DNA of 64,000 bases from Auanema rhodensis (taxonomy: Eukaryota > Animalia > Nematoda), in assembly GCA_964057225.1 (NCBI GenBank), contig OZ059895.1:2790001-2854000 (forward strand), read 5' to 3'. The notes below the pieces were generated by a model. It made no database searches and was not told the DNA's origin. It saw only the letters and a program-made list of their open reading frames with translations. Of the stretch, positions 25,699 to 41,030 are shown piece by piece; position 1 is the stretch's first letter; the number at the start of each line of letters is the position of its first letter. The translations under genes were made by a program, and so were the position numbers.

Positions 25699-28600
25699 AT
25701 GGATGTTTTCCTACGTAGGCTAGTAAAACATGCCCTTCAAAGCATCAGAACATGTGATCACATTCCAATTTTTTTGTATCTATCTTGTAAAGATAGTAAT
25801 ATATCATATGTTGAACACTATGTTGGAAAGATTTTAATTCAGATTTTCGAACTTTTATTCAGTTTGTTTTTTAAACTTTGATTAAGAACTTTGATTTTTG
25901 TACACCCATAAATTATACGCAGCACAGGTTACCCTTAATTAATGAACTGACCGACTAATCAGACATGGATCTTTCCAAGTTCTGTTGCTTGAACGGATGT
26001 TTTCCTACGAAGGCTAGTAAAACATGCCCTTCAAAGCATCAGAACATGTGATCACATTCCAATATTTTTGTATCTATCTTGTAAAGATAGTAATATATCA
26101 TATGTTGAACACTATGTTGGAAAGATTTTAATTCGGTTTTTTTTCAACTTTCACTCAGTTTGTTTTCTTAACTTTGATTAAGAACCTTGAGTTTTGTACA
26201 CCCATAAATTATACGCAGCACAGGTTACCCTTAAATAATGAACTGACCGACTAATCAGACATGGATCTTTCCTAGTTCTGTTGCTTGAATGGATGTTTTC
26301 CTACGTAGGCTAGTAAAACATGCCCTTCAAAGCATCAGAACATGTGATCACATTCCAATATTTTTGTATCTATCTTGTAAAGATAGTAATATATCATATG
26401 TTGAACACTATGTTGGAAAGATTTTAATTCAGATTTTTTCAACTTTTATTCAGTTTCTTTTTCAAACTTTGATTAAGAACTTTGATTTTCGTACACCCAT
26501 AAATTATACGCAGCACAGGTTACCCTTAATTAATGAACTGACCGACTAATCAGACATGGATCTTTCCAAGTTCTGTTGCTTGAACGGATGTTTTCCTACG
26601 TAGGCTAGTAAAACATGCCCTTCAAAGCATCAGAACATGTGATCACATTCCAATATTTTTGTATCTATCTTGTAAAGATAGTAATATATCATATGTTGAA
26701 CACTATGTTGGAAAGATTTTAAATCAGATTTTCTCAACTTTCACTCAGTTTGTTTTCTTAACTTTGATTAAGAATCTTGTTGTTCGTACACCCATAAAAT
26801 ATACGCAGCACAGGTTACCCTTAAATAATGAACTGACCGACTAATCAGACATGGATCTTTCAAAGTTCTGTTGCTTGAACGGATGTTTTCCTACGTAGGC
26901 TAGTAAAACATGCCCTTCAAAGCATCAGAACATGTGATCAAATTCCAATTTTTTTGTATCTATCTTGTAAAGATAGTAATATATCATATGTTGAACACTA
27001 TGTTGGAAAAATTTTCATTCAGATTTTTTAATTTTTATTCAGTTTGTTTTTTAAACTTTGATTAAGAACTTTGATTTTTGTTTACCCATAAATTATACGC
27101 AGCACAGGTTACCCTTAAATAATGAACTGACCGACTAATCAGACATGGATCTTTCCAAGTTCTGTTGCTTGAACGGATGTTTTCCTACGTAGGCTAGTAA
27201 AACATGCCCTTCAAAGCATCAGAACATGTGATCACATTCCAATTTTTTTGTATCTATCTTGTAAAGATAGTAATATATCATATGTTGAACACTATGTTGG
27301 AAAGATTTTAATTCAGATTTTTTCAACTTTCACTCAGTTTGTTTTCTAAACTTTGATTAAGAACCTTGTTGTTTGTACACCCATAAAATATACGCAGCAC
27401 AGGTTACCCTTAAATAATGAACTGACCGACTAATCAGACATGGATCTTTCCTAGTTCTGTTGCTTGAATGGATGTTTTCCTACGTAGGCTAGTAAAACAT
27501 GCCTTTCAAAGCATCAGAACATGTGATCAAATTCCAATTTTTTTGTATCTATCTTGTAAAGATAGTAATATATCATATGTTGAACACTATGTTGGAAAGA
27601 TTTTCGTTCAGATTTTTTAATTTTTATTCAGTTTGTTTTTTAAACTTTGATTAAGAACTTTGATTTTTGTACACCCATAAATTATACGCAGCACAGGTTA
27701 CCCTTAAATAATGAACTGACCGACTAATCAGACATGGATCTTTCCAAGTTCTGTTGCTTGAACGGATGTTTTCCTACGTAGGCTAGTAAAACATGCCCTT
27801 CAAAGCATCAGAACATGTGATCACATTCCAATTTTTTTGTATCTATCTTGTAAAGATAGTAATATATCATATGTTGAACACTATGTTGGAAAGATTTTAA
27901 TTCAGATCCATAAAATATACGCAGCACAGGTTACCCTTAAATAATGAACTGACCGACTAATCAGACATGGATCTTTCCTAGTTCTGTTGCTTGAATGGAT
28001 GTTTTCCTACGTAGGCTAGTAAAACATGCCCTTCAAAGCATCAGAACATGTGATCACATTCCAATTTTTTTGTATCTATCTTGTAAAGATAGTAATATAT
28101 CATATGTTGAACACTATGTTGGAAAGATTTTAATTCAGATTTTCGAACTTTTATTCAGTTTGTTTTTTAAACTTTGATTAAGAACTTTGATTTTTGTACA
28201 CCCATAAATTATACGCAGCACAGGTTACCCTTAATTAATGAACTGACCGACTAATCAGACATGAATCTTTCCAAGTTCTGTTGCTTGAACGGATGTTTTC
28301 CTACGAAGGCTAGTAAAACATGCCCTTCAAAGCATCAGAACATGTGATCACATTCCAATATTTTTGTATCTATCTTGTAAAGATAGTAATATATCATATG
28401 TTGAACACTATGTTGGAAAGATTTTAATTCGGTTTTTTTTCAACTTTCACTCAGTTTGTTTTCTTAACTTTGATTAAGAACCTTGAGTTTTGTACACCCA
28501 TAAATTATACGCAGCACAGGTTACCCTTAAATAATGAACTGACCGACTAATCAGACATGGATCTTTCCTAGTTCTGTTGCTTGAATGGATGTTTTCCTAC

Positions 28601-30450
28601 GTAGGCTAGTAAAACATGCCCTTCAAAGCATCAGAACATGTGATCACATTCCAATATTTTTGTATCTATCTTGTAAAGATAGTAATATATCATATGTTGA
28701 ACACTATGTTGGAAAGATTTTAATTCAGATTTTTTCAACTTTTATTCAGTTTCTTTTTCAAACTTTGATTAAGAACTTTGATTTTCGTACACCCATAAAT
28801 TATACGCAGCACAGGTTACCCTTAATTAATGAACTGACCGACTAATCAGACATGGATCTTTCCAAGTTCTGTTGCTTGAACGGATGTTTTCCTACGTAGG
28901 CTAGTAAAACATGCCCTTCAAAGCATCAGAACATGTGATCACATTCCAATATTTTTGTATCTATCTTGTAAAGATAGTAATATATCATATGTTGAACACT
29001 ATGTTGGAAAGATTTTAAATCAGATTTTCTCAACTTTCACTCAGTTTGTTTTCTTAACTTTGATTAAGAATCTTGTTGTTCGTACACCCATAAAATATAC
29101 GCAGCACAGGTTACCCTTAAATAATGAACTGACCGACTAATCAGACATGGATCTTTCAAAGTTCTGTTGCTTGAACGGATGTTTTCCTACGTAGGCTAGT
29201 AAAACATGCCCTTCAAAGCATCAGAACATGTGATCAAATTCCAATTTTTTTGTATCTATCTTGCAAAGATAGTAATATATCATATGTTGAACACTATGTT
29301 GGAAAAATTTTCATTCAGATTTTTTAATTTTTATTCAGTTTGTTTTTTAAACTTTGATTAAGAACTTTGATTTTTGTTTACCCATAAATTATACGCAGCA
29401 CAGGTTACCCTTAAATAATGAACTGACCGACTAATCAAACATGGATCTTTCCAAGTTCTGTTGCTTGAACGGATGTTTTCCTACGTAGGCTAGTAAAACA
29501 TGCCCTTCAAAGCATCAGAACATGTGATCACATTCCAATTTTTTTGTATCTATCTTGTAAAGATAGTAATATATCATATGTTGAACACTATGTTGGAAAG
29601 ATTTTAATTCAGATTTTTTCAACTTTCACTCAGTTTGTTTTCTAAACTTTGATTAAGAACCTTGTTGTTTGTACACCCATAAAATATACGCAGCACAGGT
29701 TACCCTTAAATAATGAACTGACCGACTAATCAGACATGGATCTTTCCTAGTTCTGTTGCTTGAATGGATGTTTTCCTACGTAGGCTAGTAAAACATGCCT
29801 TTCAAAGCATCAGAACATGTGATCAAATTCCAATTTTTTTGTATCTATCTTGTAAAGATAGTAATATATCATATGTTGAACACTATGTTGGAAAGATTTT
29901 CGTTCAGATTTTTTAATTTTTATTCAGTTTGTTTTTTAAACTTTGATTAAGAACTTTGATTTTTGTACACCCATAAATTATACGCAGCACAGGTTACCCT
30001 TAAATAATGAACTGACCGACTAATCAGACATGGATCTTTCCAAGTTCTGTTGCTTGAACGGATGTTTTCCTACGTAGGCTAGTAAAACATGCCCTTCAAA
30101 GCATCAGAACATGTGATCACATTCCAATTTTTTTGTATCTATCTTGTAAAGATAGTAATATATCATATGTTGAACACTATGTTGGAAAGATTTTAATTCA
30201 GATCCATAAAATATACGCAGCACAGGTTACCCTTAAATAATGAACTGACCGACTAATCAGACATGGATCTTTCCTAGTTCTGTTGCTTGAATGGATGTTT
30301 TCCTACGTAGGCTAGTAAAACATGCCCTTCAAAGCATCAGAACATGTGATCACATTCCAATTTTTTTGTATCTATCTTGTAAAGATAGTAATATATCATA
30401 TGTTGAACACTATGTTGGAAAGATTTTAATTCAGATTTTCGAACTTTTAT
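25699..30450. repeat. Higher-order repeat, 2296-bp period (8 monomers including one 233-bp unit), 2 copies
   Basis: Offsets 25699/27995/30291, 26289/28585 and 26659/28955 are all 2296. Monomer lengths 294+296+295+295+294+295+294+233 sum to 2296. Confidence 0.92.
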
Positions 30451-31069
30451 TCAGTTTATTTTTTAAACTTTGATTAAGAACTTTGATTTTGGTACACCCA
30501 TAAATTATACGCAGCACAGGTTACCCTTAATTAATGAACTGACCGACTAATCAGACATGGATCTTTCCAAGTTCTGTTGCTTGAACGGATGTTTTCCTAC
30601 GAAGGCTAGTAAAACATGCCCTTCAAAGCATCAGAACATGTGATCACATTCCAATATTTTTGTATCTATCTTGTAAAGATAGTAATATATCATATGTTGA
30701 ACACTATGTTGGAAAGATTTTAATTCAGATTTTTTCAACTTTCACTCAGTTTGTTTTCTAAACTTTGATTAAGAACCTTGAGTTTTGTACACCCATAAAT
30801 TATACGCAGCACAGGTTACCCTTAAATAATGAACTGACCGACTAATCAGACATGGATCTTTCCTAGTTCTGTTGCTTGAATGGATGTTTTCCTACGTAGG
30901 CTAGTAAAACATGCCCTTCAAAGCATCAGAACATGTGATCACATTCCAGTTTTTTTGTATCTATCTTGTAAAGATAGTAATATATCATATGTTGAACACT
31001 ATGTTGGAAAGATTTTAAATCAGAATTTTTCAACTTTCACTCAGTTTGTTTTCTAAACTTTGATTAAGA

Positions 31070-34000
31070 ACTTTGATTTTTGTACACCCATAAATTATAC
31101 GCAGCACAGGTTACCCTTAATTAATGAACTGACCGACTAATCAGACATGGATCTTTCCAAGTTCTGTTGCTTGAACGGATGTTTTCCTACGAAGGCTAGT
31201 AAAACATGCCCTTCAAAGCATCAGAACATGTGATCACATTCCAATATTTTTGTATCTATCTTGTAAAGATAGTAATATATCATATGTTGAACACTATGTT
31301 GGAAAGATTTTAATTCAGATTTTCGAACTTTTATTCAGTTTGTTTTTTAAACTTTGATTAAGAACTTTGATTTTTGTACACCCATAAAATATACGCAGCA
31401 CAGGTTACCCTTAAATAATGAACTGACCGACTAATCAGACATGGATCTTTCCTAGTTCTGTTGCTTGAATGTATGTTTTCCTACGTAGGCTAGTAAAACA
31501 TGCCCTTCAAAGCATCAGAACATGTGATCACATTCCAATTTTTTTGTATCTATCTTGTAAAGATAGTAATATATCATATGTTGAACACTATGTTGGAAAG
31601 ATTTTAATTCAGATTTTCGAACTTTTATTCAGTTTATTTTTTAAACTTTGATTAAGAACTTTGATTTTGGTACACCCATAAATTATACGCAGCACAGGTT
31701 ACCCTTAATTAATGAACTGACCGACTAATCAGACATGGATCTTTCCAAGTTCTGTTGCTTGAACGGATGTTTTCCTACGAAGGCTAGTAAAACATGCCCT
31801 TCAAAGCATCGGAACATGTGATCACATTCCAATATTTTTGTATCTATCTTGTAAAGATAGTAATATATCATATGTTGAACACTATGTTGGAAAGATTTTA
31901 ATTCAGATTTTTTCAACTTTCACTCAGTTTGTTTTCTAAACTTTGATTAAGAACCTTGAGTTTTGTACACCCATAAATTATACGCAGCACAGGTTACCCT
32001 TAAATAATGAACTGACCGACTAATCAGACATGGATCTTTCCTAGTTCTGTTGCTTGAATGGATGTTTTCCTACGTAGGCTAGTAAAACATGCCCTTCAAA
32101 GCATCAGAACATGTGATCACATTCCAATATTTTTGTATCTATCTTGTAAAGATAGTAATATATCATATGTTGAACACTATGTTGGAAAGATTTTAATTCA
32201 GATTTTCGAACTTTTATTCAGTTTGTTTTTTAAACTTTGATTAAGAACTTTGATTTTTGTACACCCATAAATTATACGCAGCACAGGTTACCCTTAAATA
32301 ATGAACTGACCGACTAATCAGACATGGATCTTTCCTAGTTCTGTTGCTTGAACGGATGTTTTCCTACGTAGGCTAGTAAAACATGCCCTTCAAAGCATCA
32401 GAACATGTGATCACATTCCAATTTTTTTGTATCTATCTTGTAAAGATAGTAATATATCATATGTTGAACACTATGTTGGAAAGATTTTAATTCAGATTTT
32501 TTCAACTTTCACTCAGTTTGTTTTCTAAACTTTGATTAAGAACCTTGTTGTTTGTACACCCATAAAATATACGCAGCACAGGTTACCCTTAAATAATGAA
32601 CTGACCGACTAATCAGACATGGATCTTTCCTAGTTCTGTTGCTTGAATGGATGTTTTCCTACGTAGGCTAGTAAAACATGCCCTTCAAAGCATCAGAACA
32701 TGTGATCACATTCCAATATTTTTGTATCTATCTTGTAAAGATAGTAATATATCATATGTTGAACACTATGTTGGAAAGATTTTAATTCAGATTTTCGAAC
32801 TTTTATTCAGTTTGTTTTTTAAACTTTGATTAAGAACTTTGATTTTTGTACACCCATAAATTATACGCAGCACAGGTTACCCTTAATTAATGAACTGACC
32901 GACTAATCAGACATGGATCTTTCCAAGTTCTGTTGCTTGAACGGATGTTTTCCTACGAAGGCTAGTAAAACATGCCCTTCAAAGCATCAGAACATGTGAT
33001 CACATTCCAATATTTTTGTATCTATCTTGTAAAGATAGTAATATATCATATGTTGAACACTATGTTGGAAAGATTTTAATTCAGATTTTCGAACTTTTAT
33101 TCAGTTTGTTTTTTAAACTTTGATTAAGAACTTTGATTTTTGTACACCCATAAAATATACGCAGCACAGGTTACCCTTAAATAATGAACTGACCGACTAA
33201 TCAGACATGGATCTTTCCTAGTTCTGTTGCTTGAATGTATGTTTTCCTACGTAGGCTAGTAAAACATGCCCTTCAAAGCATCAGAACATGTGATCACATT
33301 CCAATTTTTTTGTATCTATCTTGTAAAGATAGTAATATATCATATGTTGAACACTATGTTGGAAAGATTTTAATTCAGATTTTCGAACTTTTATTCAGTT
33401 TATTTTTTAAACTTTGATTAAGAACTTTGATTTTGGTACACCCATAAATTATACGCAGCACAGGTTACCCTTAATTAATGAACTGACCGACTAATCAGAC
33501 ATGGATCTTTCCAAGTTCTGTTGCTTGAACGGATGTTTTCCTACGAAGGCTAGTAAAACATGCCCTTCAAAGCATCAGAACATGTGATCACATTCCAATA
33601 TTTTTGTATCTATCTTGTAAAGATAGTAATATATCATATGTTGAACACTATGTTGGAAAGATTTTAATTCAGATTTTTTCAACTTTCACTCAGTTTGTTT
33701 TCTAAACTTTGATTAAGAACCTTGAGTTTTGTACACCCATAAATTATACGCAGCACAGGTTACCCTTAAATAATGAACTGACCGACTAATCAGACATGGA
33801 TCTTTCCTAGTTCTGTTGCTTGAATGGATGTTTTCCTACGTAGGCTAGTAAAACATGCCCTTCAAAGCATCAGAACATGTGATCACATTCCAATATTTTT
33901 GTATCTATCTTGTAAAGATAGTAATATATCATATGTTGAACACTATGTTGGAAAGATTTTAATTCAGATTTTCGAACTTTTATTCAGTTTGTTTTTTAAA

Positions 34001-34440
34001 CTTTGATTAAGAACTTTGATTTTTGTACACCCATAAATTATACGCAGCACAGGTTACCCTTAAATAATGAACTGACCGACTAATCAGACATGGATCTTTC
34101 CTAGTTCTGTTGCTTGAACGGATGTTTTCCTACGTAGGCTAGTAAAACATGCCCTTCAAAGCATCAGAACATGTGATCACATTCCAATTTTTTTGTATCT
34201 ATCTTGTAAAGATAGTAATATATCATATGTTGAACACTATGTTGGAAAGATTTTAATTCAGATTTTTTCAACTTTCACTCAGTTTGTTTTCTAAACTTTG
34301 ATTAAGAACCTTGTTGTTTGTACACCCATAAAATATACGCAGCACAGGTTACCCTTAAATAATGAACTGACCGACTAATCAGACATGGATCTTTCCTAGT
34401 TCTGTTGCTTGAATGGATGTTTTCCTACGTAGGCTAGTAA
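31070..34440. repeat. Higher-order repeat, 1766-bp period (6 monomers), ~2 copies
   Basis: Offsets 31469/33235 (GAATGTATG variant) and 32058/33824 are 1766. Boundaries are approximate. Confidence 0.8.
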
Positions 34441-36779
34441 AACATGCCTTTCAAAGCATCAGAACATGTGATCAAATTCCAATTTTTTTGTATCTATCTT
34501 GTAAAGATAGTAATATATCATATGTTGAACACTATGTTGGAAAGATTTTCATTCAGATTTTTTAATTTTTATTCAGTTTGTTTTTTAAACTTTGATTAAG
34601 AACTTTGATTTTTGTACACCCATAAATTATACGCAGAACAGGTTACCCTTAAATAATGAACTGACCGACTAATCAGACATGGATCTTTCCAAGTTCTGTT
34701 GCTTGAACGGATGTTTTCCTACGTAGGCTAGTAAAACATGCCCTTCAAAGCATCAGAACATGTGATCACATTCCAATTTTTTTGTATCTATCTTGTAAAG
34801 ATAGTAATATATCATATGTTGAACACTATGTTGGAAAGATTTTAATTCAGATTTTTTCAACTTTCACTCAGTTTGTTTTCTAAACTTTGATTAAAAACCT
34901 TGTTGTTTGTACACCCATAAAATATACGCAGCACAGGTTACCCTTAAATAATGAACTGACCGACTAATCAGACATGGATCTTTCCTAGTTCTGTTGCTTG
35001 AATGGATGTTTTCCTACGTAGGCTAGTAAAACATGCCCTTCAAAGCATCAAAACATGTGATCACATTCCAATTTTTTTGTATCTATCTTGTAAAGATAGT
35101 AATATATCATATGTTGAACACTATGTTGGAAAGATTTTAATTCAGATTTTCGAACTTTTATTCAGTTTATTTTTTAAACTTTGATTAAGAACTTTGATTT
35201 TGGTACACCCATAAATTATACGCAGCACAGTTTACCCTTAATTAATGAACTGACCGACTAATCAGACATGGATCTTTCCAAGTTCTGTTGCTTGAACGGA
35301 TGTTTTCCTACGAAGGCTAGTAAAACATGCCCTTCAAAGCATCAGAACATGTGATCACATTCCAATATTTTTGTATCTATCTTGTAAAGATAGTAATATA
35401 TCATATGTTGAACACTATGTTGGAAAGATTTTAATTCAGATTTTTTCAACTTTCACTAAGTTTGTTTTCTAAACTTTGATTAAGAACCTTGAGTTTTGTA
35501 CACCCATAAATTATACGCAGCACAGGTTACCCTTAAATAATGAACTGACCGACTAATCAGACATGGATCTTTCCTAGTTCTGTTGCTTGAATGGATGTTT
35601 TCCTACGTAGGCTAGTAAAACATGCCCTTCAAAGCATCAGAACATGTGATCACATTCCAATATTTTTGTATCTATCTTGTAAAGATAGTAATATATCATA
35701 TGTTGAACACTATGTTGGAAAGATTTTAATTCAGATTTTCGAACTTTTATTCAGTTTGTTTTTTAAACTTTGATTAAGAACTTTGATTTTTGTACACCCA
35801 TAAATTATACGCAGCACAGGTTACCCTTAATTAATGAACTGACCGACTAATCAGACATGGATCTTTCCTAGTTCTGTTGCTTGAATGGATGTTTTCCTAC
35901 GTAGGCTAGTAAAACATGCCCTTCAAAGCATCAGAACATGTGATCACATTCCAATTTTTTTGTATCTATCTTGTAAAGATAGTAATATATCATATGTTGA
36001 ACACTATGTTGGAAAGATTTTAATTCAGATTTTCGAACTTTTATTCAGTTTGTTTTTTAAACTTTGATTAAGAACTTTGATTTTTGTACACCCATAAATT
36101 ATACGCAGCACAGGTTACCCTTAATTAATGAACTGATCGACTAATCAGACATGGATCTTTCCAAGTTCTGTTGCTTGAACGGATGTTTTCCTACGAAGGC
36201 TAGTAAAACATGCCCTTCAAAGCATCAGAACATGTGATCACATTCCAATATTTTTGTATCTATCTTGTAAAGATAGTAATATATCATATGTTGAACACTA
36301 TGTTGGAAAGATTTTAATTCGGTTTTTTTTCAACTTTCACTCAGTTTGTTTTCTTAACTTTGATTAAGAACCTTGAGTTTTGTACACCCATAAATTATAC
36401 GCAGCACAGGTTACCCTTAAATAATGAACTGACCGACTAATCAGACATGAATCTTTCCAAGTTCTGTTGCTTGAACGGATGTTTTCCTACGTAGGCAAGT
36501 AAAACATGCCCTTCAAAGCATCAGAACATGTGATCACATTCCAATATTTTTGTATCTATCTTGTAAAGATAGTAATATATCATATGTTGAACACTATGTT
36601 GGAAAGATTTTAATTCAGATTTTTTCAACTTTCACTCAGTTTGTTTTCTAAACTTTGATTAAGAACTTTGATTTTTGTACACCCATAAATTATACGCAGC
36701 ACAGGTTACCCTTAAATAATGAACTGACCGACTAATCAGACATGGATCTTTCCTAGTTCTGTTGCTTGAATGGATGTTT

Positions 36780-39700
36780 TCCTACGTAGGCTAGTAAAAC
36801 ATGCCCTTCAAAGCATCAGAACATGTGATCAAATTCCAATTTTTTTGTATCTATCTTGTAAAGATAGTAATATATCATATGTTGAACACTATGTTGGAAA
36901 GATTTTCATTCAGATTTTTTAATTTTTATTCAGTTTGTTTTTTAAACTTTGATTAAGAACTTTGATTTTTGTTTACCCATAAATTATACGCAGCACAGGT
37001 TACCCTTAAATAATGAACTGACCGACTAATCAGACATGAATCTTTCCAAGTTCTGTTGCTTGAACGGATGTTTTCCTACGTAGGCAAGTAAAACATGCCC
37101 TTCAAAGCATCAGAACATGTGATCACATTCCAATATTTTTGTATCTATCTTGTAAAGATAGTAATATATCATATGTTGAACACTATGTTGGAAAGATTTT
37201 AAATCAGATTTTCTCAACTTTCACTCAGTTTGTTTTCTTAACTTTGATTAAGAACCTTGTTGTTCGTACACCCATAAAATATACGCAGCACAGGTTACCC
37301 TTAAATAATGAACTGACCGACTAATCAGACATGGATCTTTCCAAGTTCTGTTGCTTGAACGGATGTTTTCCTACGTAGGCTAGTAAAACATGCCCTTCAA
37401 AGCATCAGAACATGTGATCACATTCCAATATTTTTGTATCTATCTTGTAAAGATAGTAATATATCATATGTTGAACACTATGTTGGAAAGATTTCAATTC
37501 AGATTTTCGAACTTTTATCCAGTTTCTTTTTCAAACTTTGATTAAGAACTTTGATTTTTGTACACCCATAAAATATACGCAGCACAGGTTACCCTTAAAT
37601 AATGAACTGACCGACTAATCAGACATGGATCTTTCCTAGTTCTGTTGCTTGAATGTATGTTTTCCTACGTAGGCTAGTAAAACATGCCCTTCAAAGCATC
37701 AGAACATGTGATCACATTCCAATTTTTTTGTATCTATCTTGTAAAGATAGTAATATATCATATGTTGAACACTATGTTGGAAAGATTTTAATTCAGATTT
37801 TCGAACTTTTATTCAGTTTATTTTTTAAACTTTGATTAAGAACTTTGATTTTTGTACACCCATAAATTATACGCAGCACAGGTTACCCTTAAATAATGAA
37901 CTGACCGACTAATCAGACATGGATCTTTTCTAGTTCTGTTGCTTGAACGGATGTTTTCCTACGTAGGCTAGTAAAACATGCCCTTCAAAGCATCAGAACA
38001 TGTGATCACATTCCAATTTTTTTGTATCTATCTTGTAAAGATAGTAATATATCATATGTTGAACACTATGTTGGAAAGATTTTAATTCAGATTTTCGAAC
38101 TTTTATTCAGTTTATTTTTTAAACTTTGATTAAGAACTTTGATTTTTGTACACCCATAAATTATACGCAGCACAGGTTACCCTTAAATAATGAACTGACC
38201 GACTAATCAGACATGGATCTTTCCAAGTTCTGTTGCTTGAACGGATGTTTTCCTACGTAGGCTAGTAAAACATGCCCTTCAAAGCATCAGAACATGTGAT
38301 CACATTCCAATTTTTTTGTATCTATCTTGTAAAGATAGTAATATATCATATGTTGAACACTATGTTGGAAAGATTTTAATTCAGATTTTCGAACTTTTAT
38401 CCAGTTTCTTTTTCAAACTTTGATTAAGAACTTTGATTTTCGTACACCCATAAATTATACGCAGCACAGGTTACCCTTAATTAATGAACTGACCGACTAA
38501 TCAGACATGGATCTTTCCAAGTTCTGTTGCTTGAACGGATGTTTTCCTACGTAGGCTAGTAAAACATGCCCTTCAAAGCATCAGAACATGTGATCAAATT
38601 CCAATTTTTTTGTATCTATCTTGTAAAGATAGTAATATATCATATGTTGAACACTATGTTGGAAAGATTTTCATTCAGATTTTTTAATTTTTATTCAGTT
38701 TGTTTTTTAAACTTTGATTAAGAACTTTGATTTTTGTTTACCCATAAATTATACGCAGCACAGGTTACCCTTAAATAATGAACTGACCGACTAATCAGAC
38801 ATGAATCTTTCCAAGTTCTGTTGCTTGAACGGATGTTTTCCTACGTAGGCAAGTAAAACATGCCCTTCAAAGCATCAGAACATGTGATCACATTCCAATA
38901 TTTTTGTATCTATCTTGTAAAGATAGTAATATATCATATGTTGAACACTATGTTGGAAAGATTTTAAATCAGATTTTCTCAACTTTCACTCAGTTTGTTT
39001 TCTTAACTTTGATTAAGAACCTTGTTGTTCGTACACCCATAAAATATACGCAGCACAGGTTACCCTTAAATAATGAACTGACCGACTAATCAGACATGGA
39101 TCTTTCCAAGTTCTGTTGCTTGAACGGATGTTTTCCTACGTAGGCTAGTAAAACATGCCCTTCAAAGCATCAGAACATGTGATCACATTCCAATATTTTT
39201 GTATCTATCTTGTAAAGATAGTAATATATCATATGTTGAACACTATGTTGGAAAGATTTCAATTCAGATTTTCGAACTTTTATCCAGTTTCTTTTTCAAA
39301 CTTTGATTAAGAACTTTGATTTTTGTACACCCATAAAATATACGCAGCACAGGTTACCCTTAAATAATGAACTGACCGACTAATCAGACATGGATCTTTC
39401 CTAGTTCTGTTGCTTGAATGTATGTTTTCCTACGTAGGCTAGTAAAACATGCCCTTCAAAGCATCAGAACATGTGATCACATTCCAATTTTTTTGTATCT
39501 ATCTTGTAAAGATAGTAATATATCATATGTTGAACACTATGTTGGAAAGATTTTAATTCAGATTTTCGAACTTTTATTCAGTTTATTTTTTAAACTTTGA
39601 TTAAGAACTTTGATTTTTGTACACCCATAAATTATACGCAGCACAGGTTACCCTTAAATAATGAACTGACCGACTAATCAGACATGGATCTTTTCTAGTT

Positions 39701-41030
39701 CTGTTGCTTGAACGGATGTTTTCCTACGTAGGCTAGTAAAACATGCCCTTCAAAGCATCAGAACATGTGATCACATTCCAATTTTTTTGTATCTATCTTG
39801 TAAAGATAGTAATATATCATATGTTGAACACTATGTTGGAAAGATTTTAATTCAGATTTTCGAACTTTTATTCAGTTTATTTTTAAAACTTTGATTAAGA
39901 ACTTTGATTTTTGTACACCCATAAATTATACGCAGCACAGGTTACCCTTAAATAATGAACTGACCGACTAATCAGACATGGATCTTTCCAAGTTCTGTTG
40001 CTTGAACGGATGTTTTCCTACGTAGGCTAGTAAAACATGCCCTTCAAAGCATCAGAACATGTGATCACATTCCAATTTTTTTGTATCTATCTTGTAAAGA
40101 TAGTAATATATCATATGTTGAACACTATGTTGGAAAGATTTTAATTCAGATTTTCGAACTTTTATCCAGTTTCTTTTTCAAACTTTGATTAAGAACTTTG
40201 ATTTTCGTACACCCATAAATTATACGCAGCACAGGTTACCCTTAATTAATGAACTGACCGACTAATCAGACATGGATCTTTCCAAGTTCTGTTGCTTGAA
40301 CGGATGTTTTCCTACGTAGGCTAGTAAAACATGCCCTTCAAAGCATCAGAACATGTGATCAAATTCCAATTTTTTTGTATCTATCTTGTAAAGATAGTAA
40401 TATATCATATGTTGAACACTATGTTGGAAAGATTTTCATTCAGATTTTTTAATTTTTATTCAGTTTGTTTTTTAAACTTTGATTAAGAACTTTGATTTTT
40501 GTTTACCCATAAATTATACGCAGCACAGGTTACCCTTAAATAATGAACTGACCGACTAATCAGACATGAATCTTTCCAAGTTCTGTTGCTTGAACGGATG
40601 TTTTCCTACGTAGGCAAGTAAAACATGCCCTTCAAAGCATCAGAACATGTGATCACATTCCAATATTTTTGTATCTATCTTGTAAAGATAGTAATATATC
40701 ATATGTTGAACACTATGTTGGAAAGATTTTAAATCAGATTTTCTCAACTTTCACTCAGTTTGTTTTCTTAACTTTGATTAAGAACCTTGTTGTTCGTACA
40801 CCCATAAAATATACGCAGCACAGGTTACCCTTAAATAATGAACTGACCGACTAATCAGACATGGATCTTTCCAAGTTCTGTTGCTTGAACGGATGTTTTC
40901 CTACGTAGGCTAGTAAAACATGCCCTTCAAAGCATCAGAACATGTGATCACATTCCAATATTTTTGTATCTATCTTGTAAAGATAGTAATATATCATATG
41001 TTGAACACTATGTTGGAAAGATTTTAATTC
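36780..41030. repeat. Higher-order repeat, 1765-bp period (6 monomers), ~2.4 copies
   Basis: Offsets 37139/38904/40669 and 37653/39418 are 1765. The variants GGCAAGTA, CATGAATC and ATTTCAATTC recur in phase. Confidence 0.9.

Noticed and set aside
31725-31916. Single minus-strand 63-aa ORF
   Set aside because: It is created by one singleton substitution (ATCAGA>ATCGGA at ~31811) that removes a TGA stop on the minus strand.
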